Assembly (NCBI RefSeq): GCF_964355755.1
Contig: NC_092675.1
Coordinates: 14,542,912 to 14,606,911 of the forward strand
Length of the DNA stretch: 64,000 bases
Direction: 5' to 3'
Source: Antedon mediterranea
Lineage: Eukaryota; Animalia; Echinodermata
Shown here: piece after piece, positions 25,801-37,887 of the stretch
How positions within the stretch are numbered: the first letter of the stretch is position 1
How the letters are laid out: every line of letters starts with the position of its first letter
Program-made: the position numbers and the translations under genes
Notes under the pieces: generated by a model
The model's database searches: none
Seen by the model: only the letters and a program-made list of their open reading frames with translations
Told to the model about the DNA's origin: nothing

Positions 25801-27929
25801 ACATACACACTTATTTGTAGCATTTTACAAAAAAAGTATCGGTCCGGAGTATTCATCAACAGAGCTAAACAAATGAAGGAAAGGGTCAGAACATGTGACT
25901 CTGGCAGATAACAGATAACATTACTTTTCAAGAGTAATAAGAAAAAAGGAATTAACATATTACAGTATATTCAATTTGTTAACCTAAATATATCTTTCAT
26001 TTTTAATTTAAGATAATTATTTACATGATGATAACACTTTTTAATGTGTATTAATTTAAATTGGTTATTTAAATTAATAACATATTCATTCATATTCATA
26101 ATTGTCAATCATTTTTTTCCATTAAAACTTAAAAATTGGCTATTTGTAGTTTATTGTATTAATCTTTATGGTTTATTTTACATCATTTATATCTCAATGT
26201 ATATTGCATTATTGTTATTATCTTTGATTAAATATTAATATTATGTACTGTAGTACGTCCTATACACATTTTTAAAAATGCTCAACAAAGTCTCAAACCA
26301 CATAAAATCTAAAAGTTGAAACTGAATATTTAATGGCCCTTGAGAATTCTAGGTAGCCTGCGAAAAGGTCATCAAGGCCAAATTTAAGAGGATGACTCAA
26401 GCTCTTCCATGCGAATCATCTCAGGTTAGACCAACCTCCAGCAGTGGGCAGGACTTGTAGTTAGAACTTGTGTCTCAAATGACACTCCAGGGCAATAAAA
26501 TCACAATAACTTACAAAGCACTGACAGTAATTGCTTGTCAAAACCAAATTGCCTAACCGTAACGCTAACGTAGCCTGGTCCGCGTAATGTTACAGTGGCT
26601 GTTGGCCTTGTTTGCTAAATGCTTTTGAAAGAAAAATGGTAAAGCACTTTCTTTACCTCGACTCACGAATCAAATGATTTAAATTGAAAACAGAGTCCGA
26701 TGCTGTTGTTTGAATATAATAATGTTAAAAATGCTAGATATAAATGTTATGTTTCTATGCTTATTTTACAACTTCATGGTTGATTTTATTTATTATACAT
26801 TGCTAATTGCAAATAATTGTTTATAGGTTTACATTGTTCGTTGTACTTTTGATGTACGTATTCAGTCTTTGTTGGCTGGCTTGATAAGATTGATGTTAAA
26901 TAAAAATGCATTTTCCACTAATAAAATATGGAGTTGTATCGAGAGAGTATCGTAATTTCGGGCAGAATGGTTTTCGGTCTGGAAAGGTCATTATTACACT
27001 GTCTGGGGTGTTGATATTTATACATCGAATGTTTTATGGGCAATCAGTCCTGAACCTAGCCAACGTAGGCTACCTGGCCTACTTACTACTGTAGGTTAGA
27101 GGTTATTAGGTTTCGCAGGGTGGATGACTGTTATAATAAAACTAACGTGAACAATTTTTTGTAGTCAGTTCTTTAAATGTTTTTTTTTCTTCCAATAACG
27201 GACAGCTTTCAGCATCATTATTTCTGCAATGATTATTATTATCTTAAAGATATATTGTCCCCTGAAAAAATGTTTTTTTAAATCTTTTTGTTGAATAGGC
27301 CTATGTTATTTTAATGTCACATAATAGTTATTCACTTTCACAAAAAATTGGGTCTCCAAAAAAAATTATTTACCTGAAAAAAACTGTAATTTAAAGCAAA
27401 AAATGGTCAAATTGTCTGGAAGCCAATGAGTTTTTGGGTAATTTAACTGTTTATTTTGTCTTGAAATAATTTTTTTCCCCGTTCTATTTTCTTATGGAAG
27501 TGAACAACTTCATTAAAACTGCATAATGGCCTATTCTTTATTTTTCATGATTTTGGGAGACAATACATCTTTAATTTTAAAATAAAGTAGATACATTTTA
27601 TAAGATTAATAAATAATATTTTAAACGACAAAATATTAAATAGCCCCATTACTACAATTTTACTTAAGTAATAAGCAGGGCTCTAATGAAAACCATTTTC
27701 CGATTTTTTTAATATAGAATACATTATAATAATAATTATTACTGACGACGTAGATATTAAATTGTCAAAGTATGAATACTGATCATATCTGGTATTTTCA
27801 GGGGTTCCCTGATATTATAAAATAGATTAATATGATAGCAATAGAGACGGAGGCATGCTCAGCCATAATAACTTAACCAATAACAAATGTCAAAGATAGC
27901 TTCACCCTGTCTTGCCCTTTTCACGTTTA

Positions 27930-28581
27930 AACTCCGCCTTCTAATTTAAATATTAAAACGGAGCCTACTCAAGCGTGGGACAAAATGTTTTAAAAAACGT
28001 TTTGTCCCACGCTTGAGTAGGCTCGGCTAACAAAATTTATTTTGTCGCGACAAAATTTATTTTGTCTCGACAAAATGAATTTTGTCTCGACAAAATGAAT
28101 TTTGTCTCGACAAAATGAATTTTGTTGCAACAAAATTCATTTTGTCTACACAGAATGAATTTTGTCTACACAGAATTAATTTTGTCCACACAGAATGAAT
28201 TTTGTCCACACAGAATGAATTTTGTCGTTACAGAATGAATTTTGTCTACACAGAATTAATTTTGTCCACACAGAATTAATTTTGTCTACACAAAATGAAT
28301 TTTGTCGTTACAGAATGAATTTTGTCTACACAGAATTAATTTTGTCAACACAGAATTAATTTTGTCTACACAGAATGAATTTTGTTTACACAGAATTAAT
28401 TTTGTCGAGACAAATGAATTTTGTCCACACAGAATAAATTTTGTCAACAAAAAATGATTTTTGTCAATACAAAATGAATTTTGTGTTGACAAAATGAATT
28501 TTGTATTGACAAAATTAATTATGTGTAGACAAAATTGTAATATTTCGACAAAATTAGCAATGTCACAAACGGCGCCCCGTA
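27930..28581 (-). repeat. Right TIR of the 20.4-kb element
   Basis: 20-bp array ttttgtctacacagaatgaa in reverse orientation, plus the terminal ACGGCGCCCCGTA. Confidence 0.9.
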
Positions 28582-29374
28582 TATCTCCGCTGATTTCATA
28601 ATAGAATAGCGGAGTTTTGTGTGGATTGTCGAAATAATCAGCCTTTAGTTTATGGTGTTTTTAATATAGTTTATTACTAAAGAATTACGTGTTAAAATTA
28701 TAGTTTCTATTGATACTATTAGGCCTAATTACTAGTCTCTAAACCCCTGTATATTCTAGTAGTAGTAGCTGTGTGGGTGTGTGTGACTTGTGTCTTTGGG
28801 CTATGTCCAATTACTACTTATAGTCAATGGGATTTAGGCTTTTAACTCACACAAATTGCAAGAAAAGGTTTTTTGATGAAAAGTGTTCTTTAGACCCTAC
28901 TGAACACATTTATCAACGTTAGGACATTTTTCGACAACAGGAAGTAGCCTAATTTGCATAATTAAAGATGGCCGCCATTTTTAATAACGTACTCTGTATC
29001 TTGGAAACCGCTAGTCACAGATACTTAATTATGGTGTCAAAATCGTTAGAATATATGTTTTTATATTCACTTTAATGAAAAAGTTTGTCCAAAAATGAAT
29101 GGAAGTGCTATTTCTAACATTATTGACCTTTGACCTTGATTTATCATATCTCAGCAACCACTAATCGGAGATATACAAATTAGGGCTTAAATTTAAAAAT
29201 TGTTCAGAAACTACACATTTATATCTAGTCTAATGGCATGTTTTTGCAAAAAATGGCGGATTCTAACATTATTGACCTTTGACCTTGATTTATCATATCT
29301 TAGCAACCACTAATCTGAGAGACACACAATATGGCTCAAACTGTTAAAAAACTACATATTTATATTTAGTCTAA

Positions 29375-29880
29375 TGACGATTGGTGTGTACTGCATGACA
29401 ATTGGTGTGTACTGCATGACCATTGGTGTGTACTGCATGACTATTGGTGTGTACTGCATGACCATTGGTGTGTACTGCATGACCATTGGTGTGTACTGCA
29501 TGACGATTGGTGTGTACTGCATGACCATTGTGAACTGAAGGCAGAGGAGGCGTTCCATAGTGTACTGCATGACGATTGGTGTGTACTGCATGACGATTGG
29601 TGTGTACTGCATGGTAAATGTGAACGACGATTGGTGTGTACTGCATGACAATTGGTGTGTACTGCATGACCATTGGTGTGTACTGCATGACGATTGGTGT
29701 GTACTGCATGACGATTGGTGTGTACTGCATGACGATTGGTGTGTACTGCATGATGTTTGGTATGTACTGCATGACGATTGGTGTGTACTGCATGACGATT
29801 GGTGTGTACTGCATGACCATTGGTGTGTACTGCATGACGATTGGTGTGTACTGCATGAAGATTGGTGTGTACTGCATGAT
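29375..29880. repeat. 21-bp minisatellite attggtgtgtactgcatgacg
   Basis: Visible directly, ~20 units. Confidence 0.95.
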
Positions 29881-29954
29881 AAATGTGAACTGAAGGCAGA
29901 GGAGGCGTTCCATAATAGCCAGGATCGGTATATGAGTTTGTTTGCCAGGCTGGA

Positions 29955-30875
29955 GCGGGCCGCGATTTTTTTTTTCGTACATAAGTTGGGGACCCCTCAT
30001 GAAACGTCACAAAATAAACATGAATAATTCATCAGTTAAATTATCTTGTTCCGTGTGCACCCAAGCGTATAGCAACAAGAAGTGATTACACAACTGCGAT
30101 ACGATTATTTCTACAGTAGGCCTAGGATTCTAAGTCAATTCACGTGATTGCCTTCGCGCACTCTTCTTCACACACATACCACTATGCAAAATGTATCGAG
30201 TCGAGGCTAATCCGACAGCTAGGCAAGACATTACACTAAGTAGTAATTCATTGGACATAGCCCAAATAAACCTTAGACCCACAAGAATAAAGAATGTGTA
30301 TGATTTGTATACTTACTTTTTTTTAATTCTGCTATTTTATTATCAAACAATATGCATGTACTCAAAGGAACTTTAAAAATGCGCGTATATTTATATGAAC
30401 ACATGAGATGGGAAGATTAGACCCACGAGAATAAAAAATGTATTTTTGTGTAAGTTTATTGTTTAATTTTGCTGACTTATTACTCGGATTGTGTCATACC
30501 AACACACACACGTCACACATACCCACACAGCTACTACTAGAATAGACATGGGTTTAGAGACAAATAATTAGGCCTAATAGTATTAATAGAAACTATAATT
30601 TTAACACGTAATTCTTTAGTAATACATTATATTAAAAACACCATAAACTAAAGGCTGATTATTTCGACAATCCACACAAAACGCAGCTATTCTTCTATGA
30701 AATCGCACGCCGCAACAACAGCGGAGTCTGAGATAGGCCTAGAATCGTACCGCAATACGCTTGGGTGCACACGGAACAGGAAAATTTAACTGATGAATTA
30801 TTCATGTTTATTTTGTGACGTTTCATGAGGTGGTCCCCAACTTATGTACGAAAAAAAAATCGCGGGCGGGCGAGC
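29955..30875. repeat. Two oppositely oriented copies of the dispersed repeat that hosts the 20.4-kb element
   Basis: cgcgatttttttttcgtacataagttggggacc... at ~29960 (+), ~30865 (-) and ~7973 (+). Confidence 0.75.
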
Positions 30876-31329
30876 GAGCGAGCGAGCGAGCGAGCAAGCC
30901 AGCTTCATGTGTGCACTGATTTCTGTGACTAAGACCTGGGGCTAGATCATAGTATTTGAGGGCCCCTTATTGTCCGCATTTGCTTTTTGTTTATGGTCAC
31001 CATCTGTAAACAAAGTTTATTAAAAAATATAGGCTTAAATAGGCAATTTGGAATAAAAATAAAACCATCATAGAGTCATCATAGACATAGTAATAATACT
31101 AGGTCTAGCCTCGAGGCTGAGTCAAATAATCATAAGCGCACACATCCATGCAGCCTGGCGCCGCCGATAGGCATTCTCTCTACAGAAGCGATGTGAAAAA
31201 AATCCTTATCCTTATACGATGACGTCACAGCACCCCATTGGCTGATTATGACGTAATGCAATTTTACCGTATCTTTAGTAACCGGAAGTTAGGATACGGT
31301 ACCGTATCTTTAGCCACGGCGATAATAAT

Positions 31330-31897
31330 ATGTCATGGTTCGGTGATACTAGTACTACTAGTTCAATTTATAGTAGTACAATTGATGCTACTGATATCGA
31401 GGAAAACATCGAAGAGCCAAATTTTGCACTAGAATTTGACAAGGAACTGTTCTTGGAAGTGGTCAGAAAATATAGATGTCTCTGGGACACTCACTGTGAG
31501 GGCTATAAGAACAGGCCGATGAAACAAACTGCCTGGGTGAAAATAGGGCAAGTCTTTAACAAAGACGGTAAGTAGTACTAGGCCTAGCCTAGGCCTAGGT
31601 ATACTACTGTTCTATAATTTTAGTTTCGTAAATAAAAATATCAGTCTGTGATTAATATGAAAACGATGGTTAATCATCAGGGCCGTAGCGTGGTCAGGTT
31701 GCAAGCGCAGCGAGCACCATTGTTGGCTGGGGGCCAGGGGGCCGCCAAATCACCTAATCACCGCTAATGGCGCGAAAACTACCGAGCGAATCGAATCACG
31801 AATTGCTAGTGTAAAATAAAATATACAATCGCGCGAACTTTTTCGCGGCGAAATAATTCGCGTCGCGCGAATAAATTCGTCTAGTGTAAAATAGGCT
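31330..31897 (+). mobile_element. PIF/Harbinger remnant: MADF (Myb/SANT-like) exon 31330-31567 plus one TIR-like end
   Basis: FLEVVRKYRCLWDTHCEGYKNRPMKQTAWVKIG is a MADF domain with a GT donor; ctagtgtaaaataggct|TAA resembles a Harbinger terminus with a TWA target. Confidence 0.6.
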
Positions 31898-34303
31898 TAA
31901 GTAACCAACTTCACGGCGCTCTCGCTGGCCGCATATGTATGGCCGTGATTTGTTTTTTTTTTGGTGTTGTCCGATGCAGTCGGCGGGGGTAGAATCACAA
32001 TTGTGAAAAGGCTACACATAACAGTTAGTTACTTAGCTAACTAACGAATAATAAAGTATTAAAATGATTTTATTATAAAACAGAAATAAGGAAGATTTAA
32101 AGACTGTTTTACGATCGGTATTTAAACACTAACAAATATAACGTAGGCTTAGGCCGCGCCTATGACGGAGCGAGCCGATGCTAGCTAATTGATAGGCTAC
32201 AGTAGCCTCCCGAGCCCGCTCCTCCCGAGTAGCCTATTTAAACATACCATGTTCAATTTCCTTCTCTTTCCTCCCTTCCTTCCATCCAATTGCATGTTGC
32301 TGCAGACTGTCCGCCATGCGGTATGTCTACTAGAGGGAGTTTGTGTCCGCCAACCGGTACCTTGTCAAATTGCCCGACGATTCCATTTTACAGTGGGTAA
32401 TTACTGTAACTAGTACAATAGCCCGGCGATTCCATTTTACAGTGGGTAATTATTGTATCTACAGTGTGGTAGAGCGTCAATTACTCGTATTGGTATTACT
32501 TATACTGGTATTTGATATACTGTGTGTAGTTTTGTGTTCTTTTTAATTAATAAATGACCTTTTACAATTGTCTATTGTGATTTAGAAAATATTGGCAACA
32601 GAGGGCGCTATTTCTACATTTATAACAGAGCCATAATGAAAGAGTAAGTAATACGACCAAAGATTTTAAAATCTCTCTGGTAGTGGTACAGTTACACTGT
32701 TCTACAATTTTAGTATCCCGTAACAGAGTAAACCCCCTATTGAATTACAACAATAATACGTTGCATGCTCCTACGAAATGTACGCATGTTTTGGGAGATA
32801 CAGAATATTTTAGCTTAGTTAACATTTTAGATATCCCGACAGTTTTGTCTAAGTACTCTCACATGCATTGATGAAGGGCTATTCATAAACTCATACTCAT
32901 ATATAACTCATTATAAGCCTATGATTATTCATTATTATTATTAAATATTGTTATTATTATTATCTTGCACCCTATATAGCTCTCCGAATTTTATCTATAA
33001 TTATAATTATTGTTTAATCTTAAGTTGTTTTAGGCCCATGTGACATTATGTTTAATTGTTTATTATTATTTTTACAAAGGAAAACGGACTTGGATTGGGA
33101 GGGGGGGGGGGGAGTTCATGTTTGGTCGATAATATGTTAAACGGAGGGGGTAGGAGGGGGCATGGTGTCAATGGATATGCCTACATCGTGTGTAACTGTA
33201 ACAGTGTCCGCCAGAAAGAGCTTTTAAGGGCTTCTTTACATTAATTTACATTTACATTTATATGGATCAATTACAAATTATAACAGGCAACAGGTACGTT
33301 ATGATACATAAACATCAGATAAGCCGTTGATTTCATCGCCCAAAAACGTGCCAATATTTGTTATAACGTAAAAGATATCCCAACTATCCACTAAAGAGAG
33401 AGTTTATTAAATTACAATATTCTGTCACCGAAAAAAATATGATATACATTTAATTTTTTTAATGTAATAGGCCTACTTCCAGACGGTTAAAAATTATGAG
33501 TCTTGACTATACATCGTACCGTTTTTGAATGTCCGTTTAAAAATAGCAGAGAAATGCAGTTTGTTTTAATATAGGCCTAAAGATATAGGCCTAATATGCA
33601 GTTTGTCCACCAGAGAGAGTTTTTGGACGGGCCTAAGTTCTTTTTTAACCAAATAATTTGTCTGGTTGTGATCGTGTATTTGAGCTTGGATGGGGAGGGG
33701 GCGTTAGTTTATGTTTAGTCGATATGTTGAATGGAGGGTGCGGGGGGCGGGGGTATGGTGTGAAGGGATAAGCCTACACCGTGTGTAACTGAATTGTCCG
33801 CCAGAGAGATTTAAAGGGCATCTTTACATAAATTTGTATTTAGTACATTTATATGGATCAATTATAGCAACAGGTACGTTCTATATAAATATCAGATAAG
33901 CCATTGAATTCAACACATGCCAATATTTGTTATAACGAGATAGCCCAACTGTCCACTAGAGAGAGAGTTTATTGAATTACAATATTCTGTCGAAAAATAT
34001 ATGATATACATTTAATTTTGTTAATGTAATATTTCCAGACGGTGACAAATTTTGTCTTGACTATACATCGTACCGTTTTTGAATGTCCGTTTAAAAATAG
34101 CAGAGAAATACAGTTTGTTTTAATATAGATATAGGCCTAATATGCAGTTTGTCCACCAGAGGGAGTTTTTGGACCTAAGTTCTTTTTTAACTAAATAATT
34201 TGCCTGGGTGTGATCGTGTATTTGAGCAAAGGGGGAGGGAGTTCATGTTTGGTCAATATGTTGTTGGGGGGTGATGTATGGTGTGTAGGGATAGGCCTAC
34301 ACC

Positions 34304-37300
34304 AGGAGGAGTGTTGCAGCGCCCATATGGCGGCTCTATATTGCTCTGTGCATAACAACTTCGTATCTGTTTGCAGATGGTTTTTTTCATCAAATAAGTT
34401 TTACTGGATGCTGGAATAGCAAATTGAGCACCATATATTCACAAATTTCTTATGTGGAAATAATCGTATCTTGGAGTAAATCGCAGTTGTTTTTCTTGTT
34501 GTTTCCTGAAGTTCAGCTAGGCCCTGCTTGTGCCTTTATTGTTTTAATTCAAACTCATCACTGCCCAAGAACAATGGTCTGCTAGCATCAGTGGGAAGCT
34601 AGCCCTGTACTTTCAATCTGACTGTGCATATTGTTATGTAAATGACCTTGTACACCTCATGCTTGAAGATCTGCTGTTGTCATGCTAATTAGCTATAGCT
34701 CTGAGTTTCTTCATGGTTTACAGGGCTGTGTAACCAACAACAAAAACAGTTGTGAACTTCCTGTAGAATCTTGCTTAATTATACAATCTTTTAAGTTGAA
34801 CTCCAGTAGCTGTAGTATCCACCTATTACCAAGGAGGCCAAAAAGAAAAACCAGGCGTGGTACAAGAGCTGGGCGTGACAAACACACTAAAAACAATCTA
34901 TCATTTCCGGACTTATCATCAAACTCTCTCTTATCTAAAAACAATATTAAATTTTGCAGTATTAATACAAGATCCGTTCGGAACAAAACAACAGAATTTG
35001 TGGATTTCGTTATCGAACATAATCTGGATGTTGTTGCCCTTTCGGAAACGTGGCTTAAACCAGAAGACACATCAGTTATAGGAAATATTACACCCAACGG
35101 ATACTCTCTCAAACATGCTCCCCGTGCTGGTACTAAAAGAGGTGGTGGAGTTGCACTTCTTTACAAGGAAAGCATAGCGGTTAAATGTTATGACACGGGA
35201 TTATTACCAAAATCATTTGAACTGCTAAATGTGGAAATAGTCAGCAATGCATCCTCAGTTTTCCTCGTAGCAGTATATCGTCCTCAAAGCAAATCAACGG
35301 GTTGCAGTCTAAATGTTTTCACTGAAGAATTCTCAACTTTGGTTGATCACTATGTATTGAAGCCGGCTCCCATACTATTCGTTGGAGACTTTAACATCCA
35401 TGTGGATATGCCAAATGATGCAGATGCAATTCATTTTCGGAATCTACTTGTAGCAAGCAGTCTTCAACAGCATGTGTCTACACCTACACACCGACATGGT
35501 CATACATTAGACTTGCTGATCACTCGTTCATCTGATCCTCCTGTTTTCTCAAACCTTAATGTCATTGATGGTATATCAGATCACTATGCAATCACATGTA
35601 ATCTCCTTATCAAGAAGCCACCCGTAATTACTAAATCCATCGAAACTCGTCATTGGAATGCTATAAATTTTGAGACATTATGTAAAGATATCACACAGTC
35701 TGATCTCGGAACTTCGCTCTCAAATCTTGATTTATCAAGTAAAGTACGACTATATGTCACCACTTTGAGTGAACTTCTTGACAAACACGCACCACCGAAA
35801 AAGAGAACAGTAAAGGTCCGACCAAACACTAGTTGGTATAACAGTGACATCTATGCTGAGAAAAGAACAAAGCGTAAGCTTGAAAAGAAATGGAGAATCT
35901 CTCATCTGGAAATAGATCGTCAAGCTTACATTGCACAGAAGAGGAATGTAAATTCCATGGTAAGAAAGGCAAAGGCCAACTACTACATTGGCTTGTGTGA
36001 AGAACATGCAGCAGATCAGAAAGGACTTTTTAAAATTGTTAACCAACTCCTTCATCATCGCCAGGTATCACCTCTCCCAGATAGTCTTTCTGACTTAGAT
36101 CTTGCGAACAGGTTCTGTCAGTTTTTCACAGACAAGAGCAAGATCATCAGAGACGACTTCAAGATTGATGACATGTCATTTAATGAGCCTGTGACAGCTG
36201 TTCATCAGCATCTCACAACATTTACACCAGCATCTCAAGATGAGATCCGCAACATTCTGATGAAATCACCAACAAAATCATGCAGGTTAGATCCAGTTCC
36301 TACTTCTATACTGAAGAAGTGTATAGACGCAGTCGTTCCAATAATAACGGAAATCATTAACCATTCTCTTAATACCGGCATAGTGCCAGATGAACTGAAA
36401 ATTGCTCACGTTCGTCCTTTAATAAAAAAGCAAAACTTGGATCATAACACGCTGAAAAATTACCGCCCGGTGTCGAATCTTTCTTTTCTTGGAAAGACTC
36501 TGGAGCGTGTAGTGACATCACGCATTACTCCATATCTTCAAAAGCATAATTTAAATGAGAATTACCAGTCGGCATATCGTGCATGTCATAGCACGGAGAG
36601 TTCCCTTTTAAAGGTACAGAATGATTTGTTACAAGGAATGAATGATGGGAAAATAACGCTATTGGTGTTGTTGGATTTGTCAGCAGCGTTTGATACAGTT
36701 GATCACCAAAGACTGATAACCCGTCTGAGAAATCGCATTGGCATAAATGGTGTTGCTCTTAACTGGTTCCAGTCATATCTTACAGGAAGACGTCAGCTAG
36801 TCTGTATCAATGATGCATTCTCAGATGAAGCTTGCCTGGAATATGGTGTACCACAGGGGTCAGTAATTGGGCCTGGCCAGTTTTCCATTTATACACTTCC
36901 CCTTGGTGACATTATTCGCAAACACAGTCTACATTTCCATTTCTATGCAGATGATACACAGATTTATGTGTCAGTAAATCCAGTGCAAAGGGATGTTGCT
37001 GCAGCAATCAGTAAGATGGAAGCCTGTATAGAAGATGTTCGCAATTGGATGACAACAAATTACCTAAAGTTGAATGATGGAAAGACAGAGTTTATTATCG
37101 TCGGGTCTAAATGTAACATCTCCAAAATCAACATCACACATATCAGAATCGGAAACTCTAACATCGCTCCCTCATCGGTGGTCCGGAATCTGGGAATCAT
37201 GCTGGATAGTAATCTCACTATGGAAGCACAAATAACAACTGTATCCAAAGCAGCATGCATATCGATTAGGAACCTTGGTCGTATTCGCGGTAATCTTAAC

Positions 37301-37887
37301 AAGAAAACAGCTGAATTGATTGTACACTCATTTGTCACTTCTAAAATTGACATTGGTAATGCCTTGTTGTTTGGCATACCAAAATCTCAAATACAACGTT
37401 TGCAGCGCTTGCAAAATATGGCAGCTAGAATTGTAACTTATACAAAATCAAACGCTCACATAACTCCTGTCCTGATGGATTTGCATTGGTTGCCTGTTCA
37501 ACAACGTATTAAGTACAAACTTGCGTTGTTTGTATTCAAGATCCTAAATGACAGTGCTCCTGCTTATTTATCTGACCTTGTGGATCGTTACAAATCATCC
37601 CGCAGAGGCCTACGATCATTGTCACAAAACCTTCTTCAAGAGCGTAGAGCGAAAAATCAGTGGGGTCAGAGATCTTTTTACGTTGCGGCCGCAAGTGTAT
37701 GGAACAGCTTACCAGCAACAGTTAAATGCTCAACTAGTCTAAACAGTTTCAAGACCAACCTAAAGACGTCGCTATTCGCTGATGTTCTCGCACGTTGTTA
37801 ATGCACAAAGCGCCATGAGCGCCACATGGGTGGAGGATACCGGCGCTATATAAGTTTTCATTTATTATTATTATTATTATTATTATT
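34304..37887 (+). mobile_element. CR1/L2-group non-LTR retrotransposon, apparently complete, single ORF
   Basis: Inserted between cctacacc and gtgtgtaac of a tandem unit without a TSD; (TTA)n 3' tail. Confidence 0.9.
34682..37801 (+). CDS. APE endonuclease plus reverse transcriptase (1039 aa), CR1/L2 group
   Basis: LSETWL, GDFNIH, ISDH (APE); NYRPVSNL, LDLSAAFDTVDH, GVPQGSVIGP, FYADDTQIY (RT); LHWLPVQQRIKYK C-terminus; uninterrupted ORF. Confidence 0.97.
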   Translation: MLISYSSEFLHGLQGCVTNNKNSCELPVESCLIIQSFKLNSSSCSIHLLPRRPKRKTRRGTRAGRDKHTKNNLSFPDLSSNSLLSKNNIKFCSINTRSVRNKTTEFVDFVIEHNLDVVALSETWLKPEDTSVIGNITPNGYSLKHAPRAGTKRGGGVALLYKESIAVKCYDTGLLPKSFELLNVEIVSNASSVFLVAVYRPQSKSTGCSLNVFTEEFSTLVDHYVLKPAPILFVGDFNIHVDMPNDADAIHFRNLLVASSLQQHVSTPTHRHGHTLDLLITRSSDPPVFSNLNVIDGISDHYAITCNLLIKKPPVITKSIETRHWNAINFETLCKDITQSDLGTSLSNLDLSSKVRLYVTTLSELLDKHAPPKKRTVKVRPNTSWYNSDIYAEKRTKRKLEKKWRISHLEIDRQAYIAQKRNVNSMVRKAKANYYIGLCEEHAADQKGLFKIVNQLLHHRQVSPLPDSLSDLDLANRFCQFFTDKSKIIRDDFKIDDMSFNEPVTAVHQHLTTFTPASQDEIRNILMKSPTKSCRLDPVPTSILKKCIDAVVPIITEIINHSLNTGIVPDELKIAHVRPLIKKQNLDHNTLKNYRPVSNLSFLGKTLERVVTSRITPYLQKHNLNENYQSAYRACHSTESSLLKVQNDLLQGMNDGKITLLVLLDLSAAFDTVDHQRLITRLRNRIGINGVALNWFQSYLTGRRQLVCINDAFSDEACLEYGVPQGSVIGPGQFSIYTLPLGDIIRKHSLHFHFYADDTQIYVSVNPVQRDVAAAISKMEACIEDVRNWMTTNYLKLNDGKTEFIIVGSKCNISKINITHIRIGNSNIAPSSVVRNLGIMLDSNLTMEAQITTVSKAACISIRNLGRIRGNLNKKTAELIVHSFVTSKIDIGNALLFGIPKSQIQRLQRLQNMAARIVTYTKSNAHITPVLMDLHWLPVQQRIKYKLALFVFKILNDSAPAYLSDLVDRYKSSRRGLRSLSQNLLQERRAKNQWGQRSFYVAAASVWNSLPATVKCSTSLNSFKTNLKTSLFADVLARC

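Larger units (their letters stand above)
21862..26589. mobile_element. Nested 4.7-kb TIR element (CAT...ATG ends, ~39-bp TIR), superfamily unresolved
   Basis: CATTACGCGGACCAGGCTACTTTAGCGTTACG ... CGTAACGCTAACGTAGCCTGGTCCGCGTAATG; it splits a HINE-like repeat (21745-21861 and 26590-26613); no obvious TSD. Confidence 0.8.
8133..28581 (+). mobile_element. 20.4-kb IS3EU-type DNA transposon carrying a HECT ligase gene and a DDE transposase
   Basis: Ends TACGGGGCGCCGT / ACGGCGCCCCGTA; TSD TATCTC at 8127-8132 and 28582-28587; ~630-bp TIRs; the two flanks are contiguous (single TATCTC) in a paralogous repeat at ~30480-30870 (minus). Confidence 0.92.

Noticed and set aside
23952-25958. 668-aa Cys/Pro-rich ORF and overlapping ORFs
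   Set aside because: Product of the gggtacaaaaac minisatellite, open in several frames on both strands
29352-30027. His-rich and MQYTP-repeat ORFs
   Set aside because: Translations of a 21-bp minisatellite
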